Shown here piece by piece: positions 11,170 through 24,122 of a stretch of 64,000 nt of DNA. The notes below the pieces were generated by a model. It was not told where the DNA came from, did no database searches, and saw nothing but the letters and a program-made list of their open reading frames with translations. This DNA is from the human T2T-CHM13v2.0 reference genome, Homo sapiens: assembly GCF_009914755.1 (NCBI RefSeq), contig NC_060932.1; one strand, given 5' to 3'. Position numbers and translations under genes: made by a program. Positions within the stretch are counted from its first letter, which is position 1. Every line of letters begins with the position of its first letter.

Positions 11170-11700
11170 CTAATACAAGTGATTCCTCATTTTCTCAAAA
11201 GCTCTAGAATAGCCTGCAAGGCCCTGTATGATCTGGCAAGTCTTCTATCTGCCACTACATGAGTTACCTCTCTGACCTCATCTTCTCTCTCCTCTCTCCC
11301 ACCTCTAGCTACACTGGCTTCCTTGCTGTTCTTAAACTCACTAGGTAAACTCCTGCCTCAGAGCCTTTGCACTGGCTCTTCCTTCTACCTTAAATGCTCT
11401 TTCCCAATGTGGTTGGTGGCCTTGGCCAGCTGCCTTCACACTTTGCTTAAATGTCACCTTCTCAATGACCATCCTATTTAGAATTGCCACCCACCCCATC
11501 CCTTTATCCTATGGTACTTTTTCTTTATTCCAACACACTATACCAATTATTTATTATGCTTATTAACTATCTCTTCTCTCTAGAATGTCAGCTCCATGAG
11601 GGAAGAGATTTTTGTTTTGTTCACTGATGTATCCTCAGTGCCTGCAACAGTGTCTGACATATCAAGAGCACTTAATAAATACTTGTTGAAAGAAAGAACC
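11170..11700 (+). mobile_element. L2a LINE 3' end
   Basis: caaggccctgtatgatctggc...cctttgcactggct...tagaatgtcagctccatgaggg...ataaatacttgttgaa terminus. Confidence 0.85.
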
Positions 11701-12609
11701 AATCAAAGCAGAGTTTTCAAAAATGGGTTTGTAAATGATTGTCTGAAGTTCAGAATAGCTCCCCTTTTCCCACAGAAGCAATGCTATGGATGCTGTATTC
11801 TCAGATCAACTCATGGAAACCTACTAAACTCATAATTTAGCCAAAAAATTATCTTTTGTTACAGAGCACCATTCAGGGACAGTCTGTAAGTAAGAATTTA
11901 GAGTGACAAATTTAAAAATTAAGTTGGGAGATTTAATATTTGACTTAAAAGGGATTAATTAGTGCAAGGATTATCTTAAATTCTTGTTGAAGGCCCTTTC
12001 ATAATAATTTCTTCCCAAGGCCTTCTGTGATCACCCCAGACCACAATAAGCAGCCTTGTCCTTGATCTCACAGAGTACTTGTTAACTATAGTATTCATTT
12101 GGCAGTGGGGCACACCCTGTTTTGTACCAGTTCTTTTACAAAATTACCTCTTAAGCTAGATAATCACAGCCTGAAACTCTCCGTAAACCTCAGAAAAAAA
12201 ATTAAAAAATCATCTGACGCATTTGCCAACCCTCTATAGACTTTAGACATTGATGGGTTGGCCCACTTCTTAGAACACTCACAGATCAACCCATCTCTGT
12301 TGTCAAGAGTCTTAATCCAGCGTCAGCATCTGCGTCATGTAGCAGTCACCAATGGCTAAACCACTGTAGGATTAACACAGGGCTGGGCCATTGCAATGTG
12401 TTTATTATACAATCTGCCTTGAGCCTTTTTTCATCATGTCAAAGAGATAAGCATCAGATGAAGGGAAATAATTTAAAAAAATACCCCTCTGCTCTAAGCC
12501 ACCCAGTTCCCCATGGCTTTTGTATTTAAGAGTTTGGTCTGTGCTGCTGAACTGGACTGTGTTTTCTTCTTGGGTCTTAATATTTAACTTTATGTGGAAC
12601 TGTAGTTTG

Positions 12610-12925
12610 TGTTCCTAATTGGATAGTAAACTGTGTAAGTGTGGAGACTGTGTCTCTTTTTACTTTTATCTCTCAGAGTACCTAGCATGGGGCCTTGCAC
12701 ATACCAGTAATTATAATGAAAGTTTACATTTATTTCATACTTTTATATAGTGCTATGCCTTAACTCATTTAATCTCTGCAATCACCCCATGGGGCAGGTG
12801 CAATTATTGTTCTCGTCTTGGAGGAGGTTACTGCCACACAAAATGGTTCCATAACTTGCCCAAGGTCACACAGTTAATAAATGTTTTTTGCCCAAGCGAT
12901 GCGACTCCAGCACCGTGCTCTTAAT
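12610..12925. mobile_element. L2 3' fragment followed by a MIR (minus)
   Basis: cagagtacctagcatggggccttgcacata; taacttgcccaaggtcacacag...gactccag. Confidence 0.55.
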
Positions 12926-14267
12926 TAAAAATACATAATGTAAAATTATGGCTTAAGAGATTAAAACTCTCTCCAGTGGGTAAAAATACCTTTTAATGTT
13001 AAAAAAATTATATATATTAAAAATATATATACACACACATATGCAGATGCATACATATACACATAATACATACATCATTTAGTTATGAGTCATTTATTTA
13101 TGGGGTATACAATATACCTGGCATAGCAATACTCAACATAAATTTAGTTTCAACAGCCCATGATGAGAACGAAGCATCTCTATTTGCACTGCATTTATCA
13201 TAAGCATCCTGTTAATATTATGAAAGAAATGCAAGTTTACTGTCATGAACTCAGAGATCCTGGAGTGTTGTGAACTTCTTGCAATATCTGCAGGCTTAAG
13301 TTGATGGTAATATAAGCATTTAATTGATTATTTCTAATGTAATATTTATTAGCAAATATTTATTAGAAATTCATAAAATATTTTTCAAATGTTTATGTGT
13401 ATTATGTCTATATGTATGTATATGCATATGTACTTGTGTGTATGTAATTCAAAATATTAGAATAAAAAATCTTCACTTTTGTTTTCTGCATATTGTGCTT
13501 TCTCCGTTCCTTTTGATATGTTTTCTTTGAATCACAGAAATTTACAAGCTGGGAAAAAGACATTTGTCATCCAGCCTATTCCTCAGCCAAGGGAACAATA
13601 TTCCCCATCATTTCTCTCGTAGAGCTTTAGGATCCCAGACTTGACATTTTTAGCCACAGCACTTTTCTATTCTTCCCCAAGGAGAAAGTTTAAGTCTGTT
13701 AGATAGCAGTGAGTATTGCTTACTGTGTGGAATTTTGCCAACCAACCCTCCCAGGTTACCAAAGGGTATGGAAAAGAAGGCAGTGTCCTAAGAAATATTT
13801 TCATAGTCAAGGAGGGAGGGAGAGAAAAATCTGCCTCTTATGATAAATTTCAAGACTATTTGAGCTTAACATCTTGAGAAATTTGCCTAGCTTCTTGCCA
13901 GTTCCTCGCCAAAGAGGAAAATTTTATGGTAGACCACGTCACTTATTTCAGATCATATCCTATAAGTAGCTATAAAATATTTTAAAGTATTGCCTGACGT
14001 ATTCTTTCTTCTTGGCATTTCCTTTTTATCCTGCAGCATCTTAACCATTAAAAAAGATCTTAGGCTAAGGCTTTTGTTCTAGAAAAGGGAAAAAAAAAGC
14101 AAAGAACCCAGCAAGCAGAATTTCAGCCAGTCAAATTCTTCACTTTGAATTTCAAAATTGGCTCTTAAGAGGGTAAGACACAATATCATGGAAAGAGAAA
14201 GATATATATATTTGATATATATTTGAAGAGCTAAATGTGCGCACGCACACACTGCCTCTACTCTCAC

Positions 14268-14287
14268 TGTGTGTGAGAGAGAGAGAG

Positions 14288-14323
<36 letters not shown>
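14268..14323. repeat. Compound (TG)(GA)n(GT)n microsatellite
   Basis: Direct reading. Confidence 0.95.
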
Positions 14324-14325
<2 letters not shown>

Positions 14326-17300
14326 TTAGCTCTCCAAAGATAAGTCCTGGAGCACTAATAGCATAGAGTTTATAACATTAACCGTAGAAGAGGAAAAACA
14401 TGATGATATACAAGCCATTTCTCTGCTACACAAAGAGGAGCTAAGAACCTTTTCTGGTCTGGAGTCGAGGAACTTGGAAAAGATTCAGAGAGTGAATAGT
14501 TGGTGTAGGGTCTTGAGAAATGCTTCTCACGGTGACCACACAGTGACCACCACATGGGTCAATACCCTTGGAGCATTGGTAAAGACAACCTTCTCTGGAC
14601 AAGACAGAGGTATGGGAATAGGGAGAATTAGTTCCTAACTTGACAATTGAAACTCACACAAGAAAGGGCTTTTCTCAGAGGGCTCCATACCATCAAAGGG
14701 CAGCCAAGACAGTATAAAAGTATGTATAGGGTAACAAAGAAAGTTCTGAAATGGCTTCTCTCACCCTGTATGCCCCCCACTCCCAATCTCTGGCAGCCCT
14801 AGAATGAAGTGGAAGGGCAGCCATATGTTCCTCAGGCTTGCTAAGAGAGGTCCAGAGGTTGGCTAAGAGCAGATGGAGTTCAACTGGGTCTTGCAAGCTA
14901 GGCCCAGAAGTTGCAGAGTAAAGGGCTTGGTCATCAGATACCATGAGGATGTGCCGCATCAACGTACACAATAAAAGTAGAGGAAGATCCCAAAGATTAG
15001 GCAGGGCCAGCTAAGCTTCAGCAGAGGCCAGCAAAGACAGAAGATGAGATGCACACCAGAAACCTTTTCACCAGTTATGGGATGGATAACCCTTGGCTCC
15101 TGAGAAGATGGAGAAAAGAAACAGGGAACACCCTAAATGAGTACATATTTACCTCAAAGAAACTTGAATTTCAAGTAGTACGTTACCAAGTTGCCTGAAT
15201 TGCCATGGTTACATTCATCTGGATTTTATAAATTGTTATAACTATAAAAAATTATATTCACTACAATAGTATTTTCTGGACCAGACCCAGTATCTAACAG
15301 ATGTAGCCATATAACACTAAGGCAGAAGAAACTCAAGAAACAAGTGACTTTAAAACTCCCTGGAATATAAGTCACATTAATAATTTTAGAAAATAGCAAA
15401 AGGTATTAAAAAAAGACTTCATAAAATATGTTATGATCGCAAAAATCAAGAAATCCATGAAACTCGAAATATGAGCATTTTTTACAACAGTTAAGAGTAA
15501 CTTCTAAAGCAAAACTGAGTGCTCTCCAAGAAAGTCTTTCATTCATTGCTTATGAGTTAAATTTAGAATGGTGGGTACACTCCATTTATTGCAGTTATTG
15601 CTTTTAATACATAATTTAGTAATTTATCATACACTTGAATTCTTCTCCAGTTGGGTTACATATGCAAGCCTTTTGCCTCCAACCAGACCAGAAGCTTCAA
15701 GTTGCAGAAACTGAACTTGCTTTATGTAAGCTGCATGGTGCCTTCTCCCTGAATTACTCCAAAGCCATTCCTGCACCAAACAAACCTCATCAATTTCCAA
15801 ACCAAAAATAAGTTGTTCTCAGTCAACACCACCACGTGTTTTCTAGTGCAGAAAACAGCAAGGATGCAAGGTCTTTCTCTTCCCTACCATCTCTTTTTAT
15901 GCCACTCAATAATGCTGATATCATACTTGTTTATATCTTTACGGTTATACATACATACAGACACACTCTTAACTTCCTTACCCCTCTTTTTTTTTCTCCA
16001 AATACAACACATCAATTACTGGTGTAGAAATATACTAAAGAAAAAAGTAAAGTTGCAAATTTTTCACTTGGAAGATTAATTAAGAGGAAAAGATCCCAAC
16101 AGAACCTGGATATGCCAGATGTTGTTGAGAAACAGCAAGATGGAAAACAGAAACTGGAATCATATCCACCTCATGTACTCTTAAGGTCCTGGATGGTTTT
16201 GAGAGTGAAGAAAGCATACTGCTTCAGAGAATGGCCAGGACCAGCACGGAGTTAGGGTCCTGGGGTAAGGTGGGGGAGTTGTCTCAGATAACCTGGCACA
16301 CCTCAGACACCAGCCAAGCAGCTTTGGTGGTGAGAGAAACCAACTAGAAGACCCTCCCCCACTTTATCAAACAAGTCATCGTTTTCATGGAGCTAGGAGT
16401 TTGTACCTAGGACATAAGAGATATGAACAAAGATAAAATTAAGTTAAATTTTAAATGAATGGGGAAGCATTGTGTTCAATCATATGTTGTAATCAATTAG
16501 AGTCCATAAGTATGGGGTTTCATTGTTCCAATTTATTTTACCTGGGCTAATTTAATTGAAGATACTCCTTGGCTTCTGGAATGCCCACTTTAGTTATTTA
16601 TTTTGTATTTGTATAACACTTGGTAGCAATAAGACATTTTTAAAAGCACTTAAAAATGAATATTCAAGAAGAAGGACAAAGGAAAATTAAGGGCTGGGAA
16701 GAAAAGAACAAAACAGAGTAAATTACCCAAGTGCATTCAATTTTATTGTGTTTGATATACTTGCTAAAGGCAGGCCACAGATTGGACTCTGACCTTTTAT
16801 CCATCAGTGCAAAGAGAGAAATCAGATGTGGTATAACATTTATAATGTTTGTAATATTAAGAAAGAAAGAAAAAAACAGATTCTCAGGGAAAACACATTT
16901 ATTTACAATACTTAACCCAGAGAAGAATGTCAAGATTGAAAGTCCCAGGAGAATCCTGACACTGAATCCAGCACTGTGGGCCCGTCCTGTGGCACTCGCC
17001 TTAGGCTGGTGAGCAGAACAGAGAGACACTTCATAAAAGCAGTTCCATGGTGGTTTAGGTCCAAAACTAGAATGACTCAATCCAAGGAAACAGTTCATAG
17101 AATTTAGAGGAGACAGTGGACATGTATCTCAAAGTCAGCCTCTGCAAACACCGCCTTCTTCAATTGACATTATTCTCCCTGACAAGAGCCTGGAGCCTGG
17201 GTATTGTCTGTGGTAGACAACATCACATGAGGAATGGACTGTGTTGAATTTCATTCTGTTTCCTGCACCAAATGGGTACAGAACTTTCCTGAGAGCCATG

Positions 17301-18004
17301 CCTTCTGTTGCTTTCAAAAATGTTTTCCCACTTCAAGTCCTCCCCACCTCACATTCAGACTAAGTTAGGTCCCAGTGGAGTTAAACATTTTTCTTCTCAG
17401 AGTGACTCTGCACCTTGGTTTCTCCATAGTGTCAGAGATGGTTGTTCAGGTCAGGGTTCAGGTACAGGGTCATGCAGGTGGTGGAATGAATAGTGACCCA
17501 GTGCAGTCCTCAGGAAGTCACAGGGGCTGGGAGGGAGTGCGGGTTATGCCTCATCTCAGGCTGACAGTTGCCACTCAACTCCAACTGCGCGCTGCCGTGA
17601 AGAACTCTGCATTTTTATGTGAAATTTCTTACTTTTTAAAATCCCATGAGAACCAAATGAAACCATTCTGCTTGTGGGCTCCACGGTGCAACCCCTGTTC
17701 CATGCCCATGTTCTTTAAAAACTATGTTTTTCAGTGAAAGCATGAACAAATGTCTGGAAATTATTTGAATTCCCCTAAAGAACAGAGATTTTTATTCCTG
17801 TCACTCCAGAGACACTTTTGAAAATAAATAGCAGTAATATGATTCAAGGTAGGACTCCACCTTGTGTGGTTAAAGAGGAAGGAATTGATGGCAACTGGAA
17901 GACAGCTTTTACAAGTAAGGGATATTTTTGTTAAGCAAGATTTTTATTCTTTTTCATTTTAAACATCAAAGATGATGATTGTGTGGGTTTTTTTAATTTT
18001 TTCC

Positions 18005-18835
<831 letters not shown>

Positions 18836-20284
18836 TAGTTTAGATTCCCCAAACATGTTCTTCTCCCTACAATATGAAGGCTTTACCAGACCATCTCAGA
18901 CACATTCATGCTGCTTGCAGCCCTTAGCAGTGGGATCCACAGATCTTTATTGAGCAACTAACACGCTCCTGACAGGAACGGCAGACTGAGTGACTAACTC
19001 TGCCTCTTTGGATGATTTTTTCCTCCCCATCTTAATCAATATCTACATAATTGATCAGGTGAGCCAGATGGCCCTTCCGCTTCACAGATTAAGACAATTA
19101 GGACACCAGACAGGTGTTCAAGCTGGCATTTTTCATAACTAAGACAAGAAAACCTAACACTTTATCTTCCTTGGAAAAAGGCAAGCTCCATCTGGTCCTG
19201 GGCATGAATCAGTACTAATTCATACGCTATCTAGCTAAAAATGGGTACAACAATATTTAGACAAAATACGGTATAAAAGGGAATTATGTGTCAGTAAGTT
19301 TGTAAGAGCTCCCACCACAGAATCTGGATTGAAATATCATAGTAAAAACCTAATAGAATACTGAGAACACTGTGTGTACCAACATTTTACAGACACTCTT
19401 AAGAGAAAGAGGCTGGTTCTAGAAAGCAACTAGACTCCCTTCTCTAGGACCAAATCTCAGAGAGACGAAGAGCTCTGAGACCGGGGGAGCCTCACAGCTC
19501 TGAGCTCTGAAATGACTGGGGGGAACAAAAAGACCTAGAAACACAAGGCGAGTTATAAGGAAAGATTAAAGATCTATTTCTGGAACCTAGACTTACAGAG
19601 GGTACTCTTCCCATGCCACATGCTATTTCAATGGGAGAAAAAATGCAAAACAAGTCGCAGTTTGAACATGGAATGGTTACTTTATTTAGAACGAGAAGAA
19701 TGTTTACCATTCTGTAGCTAAACATAGGACTTGCATTTCAAGAGGCCAGGGGATTTATGCTTCCCTCTATGACATGTTCTCTTAACTCCAAGCCCCAGTG
19801 TTCCATTGCAAGAGTAGCAGAGGGACTCAGCTGTAGTGGAGGGACCCCACTGTAGCAGGGATCATCCTAGAAATGACACTGAACACCAAGCAGGCCCCTG
19901 CAGAAGATTTATAAACATAAGAGCCACTCCAAAGTACCTGGGCACCCTACCCGCCACACGAAGGAGAACTGAAAAATAACAGAAGTGCCTCTGGGAAGGA
20001 AATGACAAATATTCCTCCTGTCTCTTGCCTTCCATCACTCATACCAATTAAAAAGTAAAACGAACATCGCCAGTGACAACAATCAATTTTCCCAGTTTAT
20101 AATCAAACAAGATTTCAGCAACCAAGAATGTTGCAAAAAAAATTATTACCATAGGCCCTGCATATTTCTATAGTAAATAAATTCATTAATCATCAAGAGC
20201 GCTTATATGATATTCTCTTGATGATGAATTAATTCACTTATGAGAAGAGAATTCTGGAAAAAGTCATGTTAAGAATCCTGCAGG

Positions 20285-20455
20285 TGGAGAATAGCTAATG
20301 GATGCTGGGCTCAATACCTAGATAATGTGTTGATCTGTGCAGCAAACCACCATGGCACACAAAGATTATCTATGTAACAAACCTGCATATCTGGCACATG
20401 TACCCCTGAACTTAAAATAAAAGTTAGAAATTTTAAAAAATTAAAAATTAAAAAA
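20285..20455 (+). mobile_element. Short 5'-truncated old primate L1 (L1PA13-16-like) 3' end
   Basis: atagctaatggatgctgggctcaatacctag...tgcagcaaaccaccatggcacac...gtacccctgaacttaaaataaaagtt. Confidence 0.8.
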
Positions 20456-20465
20456 AAGAATCCCT

Positions 20466-20781
<316 letters not shown>

Positions 20782-21144
20782 TCAGTCTGGCCTTCTGGCC
20801 TCGATTTTACCATTCAAGAGTAACTGGAAAATATCATGCATGACAAACCACCCCCAAAATTACACACAATTAACAAAGTAAAATGTCATTTTAAAATTAA
20901 AATAGAAAATATGTTGATGTTTTTAGGATGATGTTTGCTGAACGGGATAGGTGGGACCATGTGGGATGGAGGAGGGGGCTGGCAGGAAAGAGTGGCCACA
21001 GGCAGGGTGCTAATTTATGAGTCAGTATGCATGAGGATCTAAAGAAATCTAATCCAGGTTTTTATGATTTTTAACTCAGAAAAACGCAGTTACCTGCTGA
21101 CAAGAAGCAGCAATGCTGAAATAAGAGAAAAGGGAATTGGGACC

Positions 21145-21629
21145 TGAATTTGTTTCCTATTGCTGGTTTAACAAATCACTACAAATTCTGTAGCTTAAAA
21201 CAACATAAACTTATTATTTCACAGTTCTGGAGGTAAGAAGTCCAAAACGGTCACACTGGACTAAAATCAAGTTGTCGGCAGCTCTGTTCCTGTTGGAGGC
21301 TCTAGAGGAGAATCCGTTCCCTTGGCTCCTCTCTCTTCTAGAGTCTGTCTGCCTTCCTTGGCTCTTCCAGTCAGCAGTTACATCGCTCCTACTTCTGCTT
21401 CCATCATCACAACCCCTTCTTTCACTCAGACCCCCCCTGCCTCCCATTTTCACTAATAAGGACCCTCATGATAACACTGGGCCCACTCGGGTAACCCAGT
21501 ATCATCTCCCCATCGCAAGAACTTTAACTCACATTTGGAAAGTTCCTTTCTCTATATAAGGTAACACATTGACAGGTTTCTGGGGATTCGGATTTGGACA
21601 TGTTTGGAGACCATTATTCTGCCTAACAC
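21145..21629 (-). mobile_element. MaLR solo LTR (MLT1C/D-like)
   Basis: tttcctattgctg...gcttaaaacaaca...cacagttctggagg...ccattattctgcctaacaca. Confidence 0.8.
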
Positions 21630-21789
21630 AATGCCATAAATTATTGAGCTTTATTGCTAACAGAGAAGTGTCAGAAGAAAATGAATGATCAATTGTCATG
21701 TTTTATAATTGTTCGTCCCCCTCTCATACACACTCAAACCTTTTTATTCCTGTGCCCTATATCTATTTTATATTAGAAATGGCTAGAAT

Positions 21790-21985
21790 TTGCTGGGTGT
21801 TTGTAAGTATCAGGTACTGTGCTAGGCAACTTACTTGCATTTTCATATTTAATTGTCTCAACAATCCAGTGAGGTAAGTGCCATCCTCATCCCCATGTTG
21901 TGAATGGGAAAACTGAGGCTTACAGAAGGTAAGTCATTTGTCTGAGCTTTTACAGCTGAAATTCAAACCTACGTCTGTTTGAATT
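21790..21985 (-). mobile_element. MIR SINE
   Basis: caggtactgtgctagg...gaaaactgaggcttacagaaggtaagtcatttg. Confidence 0.75.
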
Positions 21986-21989
21986 GAGC

Positions 21990-22392
21990 TAGGGCTCCTA
22001 ACCAATAAGAAAAAAAAAACAGAATATATTGAGGCTTACAACAAACAAAGGTGTATTCTTCCTTATGCTCCATATTGGACACCACGTATTCATCTGGGGC
22101 CTGCTGCAGCCTGCACATCATCATCATTCTGAGACCCTGGCTGAAGAGGCAGCCCCTGCCTGGGAGATTGCCCTTCTCAGATGTTGCTCTTCGTCAGCAG
22201 TGGGGAAAGACAGGGATGGGGGGGATCTTCTTGGCGGCTTTTAGGGTGTTAATTTGGAAGTGATGTGCCCCACTTCTGTTCACATCTCATTGGCCAAAAC
22301 AAACTCAATGACCAAGCCTGATATCCATGTAGCTGGGACGAATCATTCTGTCACCATGCAGGGCAGCAAATATTTGGAAATGATACCACACT
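21990..22392 (-). mobile_element. Old MaLR LTR (MLT1J/K/L-like)
   Basis: ggaagtgatgtgccccacttctgttcacatctcattggccaaaac...atgaccaagcctga. Confidence 0.5.
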
Positions 22393-23014
22393 CTGCTATG
22401 GCTCTTAGCTTCTGTGCTCACTGAGATGAGAGGAAAAACAATAAACTATTATTATCACAGAGAGTCAAGATGACTTTGGACTTTCCTTAGTGGCACAGCA
22501 CTCACCTCCAGGCCAGATGGACTCCTGGATCTATGTAGAAGAGGCCACCTGTATAAAGGGAGATTCTGAGAACCTGAAATTTTCCTTCATCCAGATGCCC
22601 AAAGTATCTGACACTCCACCAGTAGAGATAAAGTTGTGCTGCCTGAGGATAGCTATGTGCTACTAGGAGTTATGACGTGTTCTTCAAGGAGGCTTTCTCC
22701 CAGCTGGTAGGACTCTTGGTATGGAGCTCCCTCAAAGCAGCAGATGAGAAAGAGTAAGGGTCTCCTAGTCTGAAGGCTTTGTAGAATTCTAATCCAGATG
22801 AAGAACACTCTTCTCTGAGGACAGTTCTTAGGACTCAAAGATTGGGAATGATGATTACATCTTGTCCAGTATTTCTGAAACAAGGAGCCCTTGGTGTGCT
22901 ATAAAGGTGTCTCAGAAATAGCAAGAGAGATACACATAACCCCTACATGCCCTTATGCCCTGGGGGCTTGACATACACAGAAGCTAAGGCTAGGATAAGA
23001 AATGGGGCTTTCAG

Positions 23015-23555
23015 TCCATCAGCAAACAAATGGATAAAGAAAATGTGGTATATGTACACAATGAAATATTATTCAGCCTTGAAAAAAGAGACCCTGCCAT
23101 TTGCCACAACATGGATGGACTTGGAGGACATTATGCTTGCTAAGTGAAATTAGCCAGACATAGAAAAAGAAATATTGCATGGTTTTACATATTGTGGAAT
23201 CTACTTTTTAAAACCTCAAATACACAGAGAAAATGAAACAGTAGTTATCACAGGTGGGAGTGGGGAGAGGAAATGGGGTGATGTAGGTCAAAGGATACAA
23301 TATGGCAGACATGTACGATGGACAAGTCTAGAGATCTGATGTACAACATGAGGACTGAAATTAATAAAATTGTATTGTATTAGCAATTTTTGTGAAACAA
23401 GTAGATTTTAGCTGCTCTTATCACCAAAAAAGTAACATGTGAGAGGACAGATATTAATCTGCTTCACTATTGTAACCATTTTACTATCTACACGTATCTC
23501 ATATCATCATGTTGTAAACCTCAAATATACACAATAATATTTATTTTTTTAAAAC
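23015..23555 (+). mobile_element. L1MA-type 3' fragment with TSD
   Basis: tggataaagaaaatgtgg...acaacatggatggacttggaggacattatgct...; TSD AAGAAATGG(G/C)GCTTTCAG at 22997-23014 and 23556-23573. Confidence 0.85.
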
Positions 23556-23756
23556 AAGAAATGGCGCTTTCAGGACTGAGACTTAAAGTAGATTAACAGA
23601 GAGAAGTGTTCTTTTTGATATAAAAATACAAGACTGTCTGCTAAGAGTGGCTCCATCTTAGGGGGCTAGAAGTTCTGTCTGTCAGGTATACCTGTGGTTC
23701 TGAATGGCTCTGCATGGCCCATCCATAGAGGATGGAGCTGAATGACCATCTGGCAG

Positions 23757-24122
23757 TGTATTAGTCTGTCCTCCCGCTGCTAATAAAGACACACCCCAGA
23801 CTGGGTAGTTTATAAAGAAAAAGCAGTTTAAGGGACTCACAGTTCCATGTGGCTGGGGAAGCCTCACAATCATGGCAGAAGGTAAAGGAGGAACAAAGGC
23901 TCATCTTACATGGTGGCAGGCAAGAGACCATGTGCAGGGGAACTGCCCTTTATAAAAACATCAGATCTCGTGAGACTTATTCACTATCATAAGAACAGCA
24001 TGGGGAAAAACCCACCCCCATGATTCAATTACCTCCCACTCGGTCCCTCCCATGGCACATGGGGATTATGGGAGCTACAATTCAAGATGAGTTTTGGGTG
24101 AGGACACAGCCAAACCATATCA
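23757..24122 (-). mobile_element. THE1 (THE1C-like) MaLR solo LTR
   Basis: tgtattagtctg...gctgctaataaagac...gactcacagttcc...cagccaaaccatatca; 5-bp TSD ggcag/agcag. Confidence 0.9.

Noticed and set aside
14360-15300. Possible ancient LTR-like segment ending in ...tctaaca
   Set aside because: I could not match it to a family or define the 5' end or TSD; needs a Dfam search
16440-16660. Cluster of SOX/homeobox-like words (cattgt, taatcaat, taattt)
   Set aside because: Short AT-rich motifs are common by chance; no conservation data available
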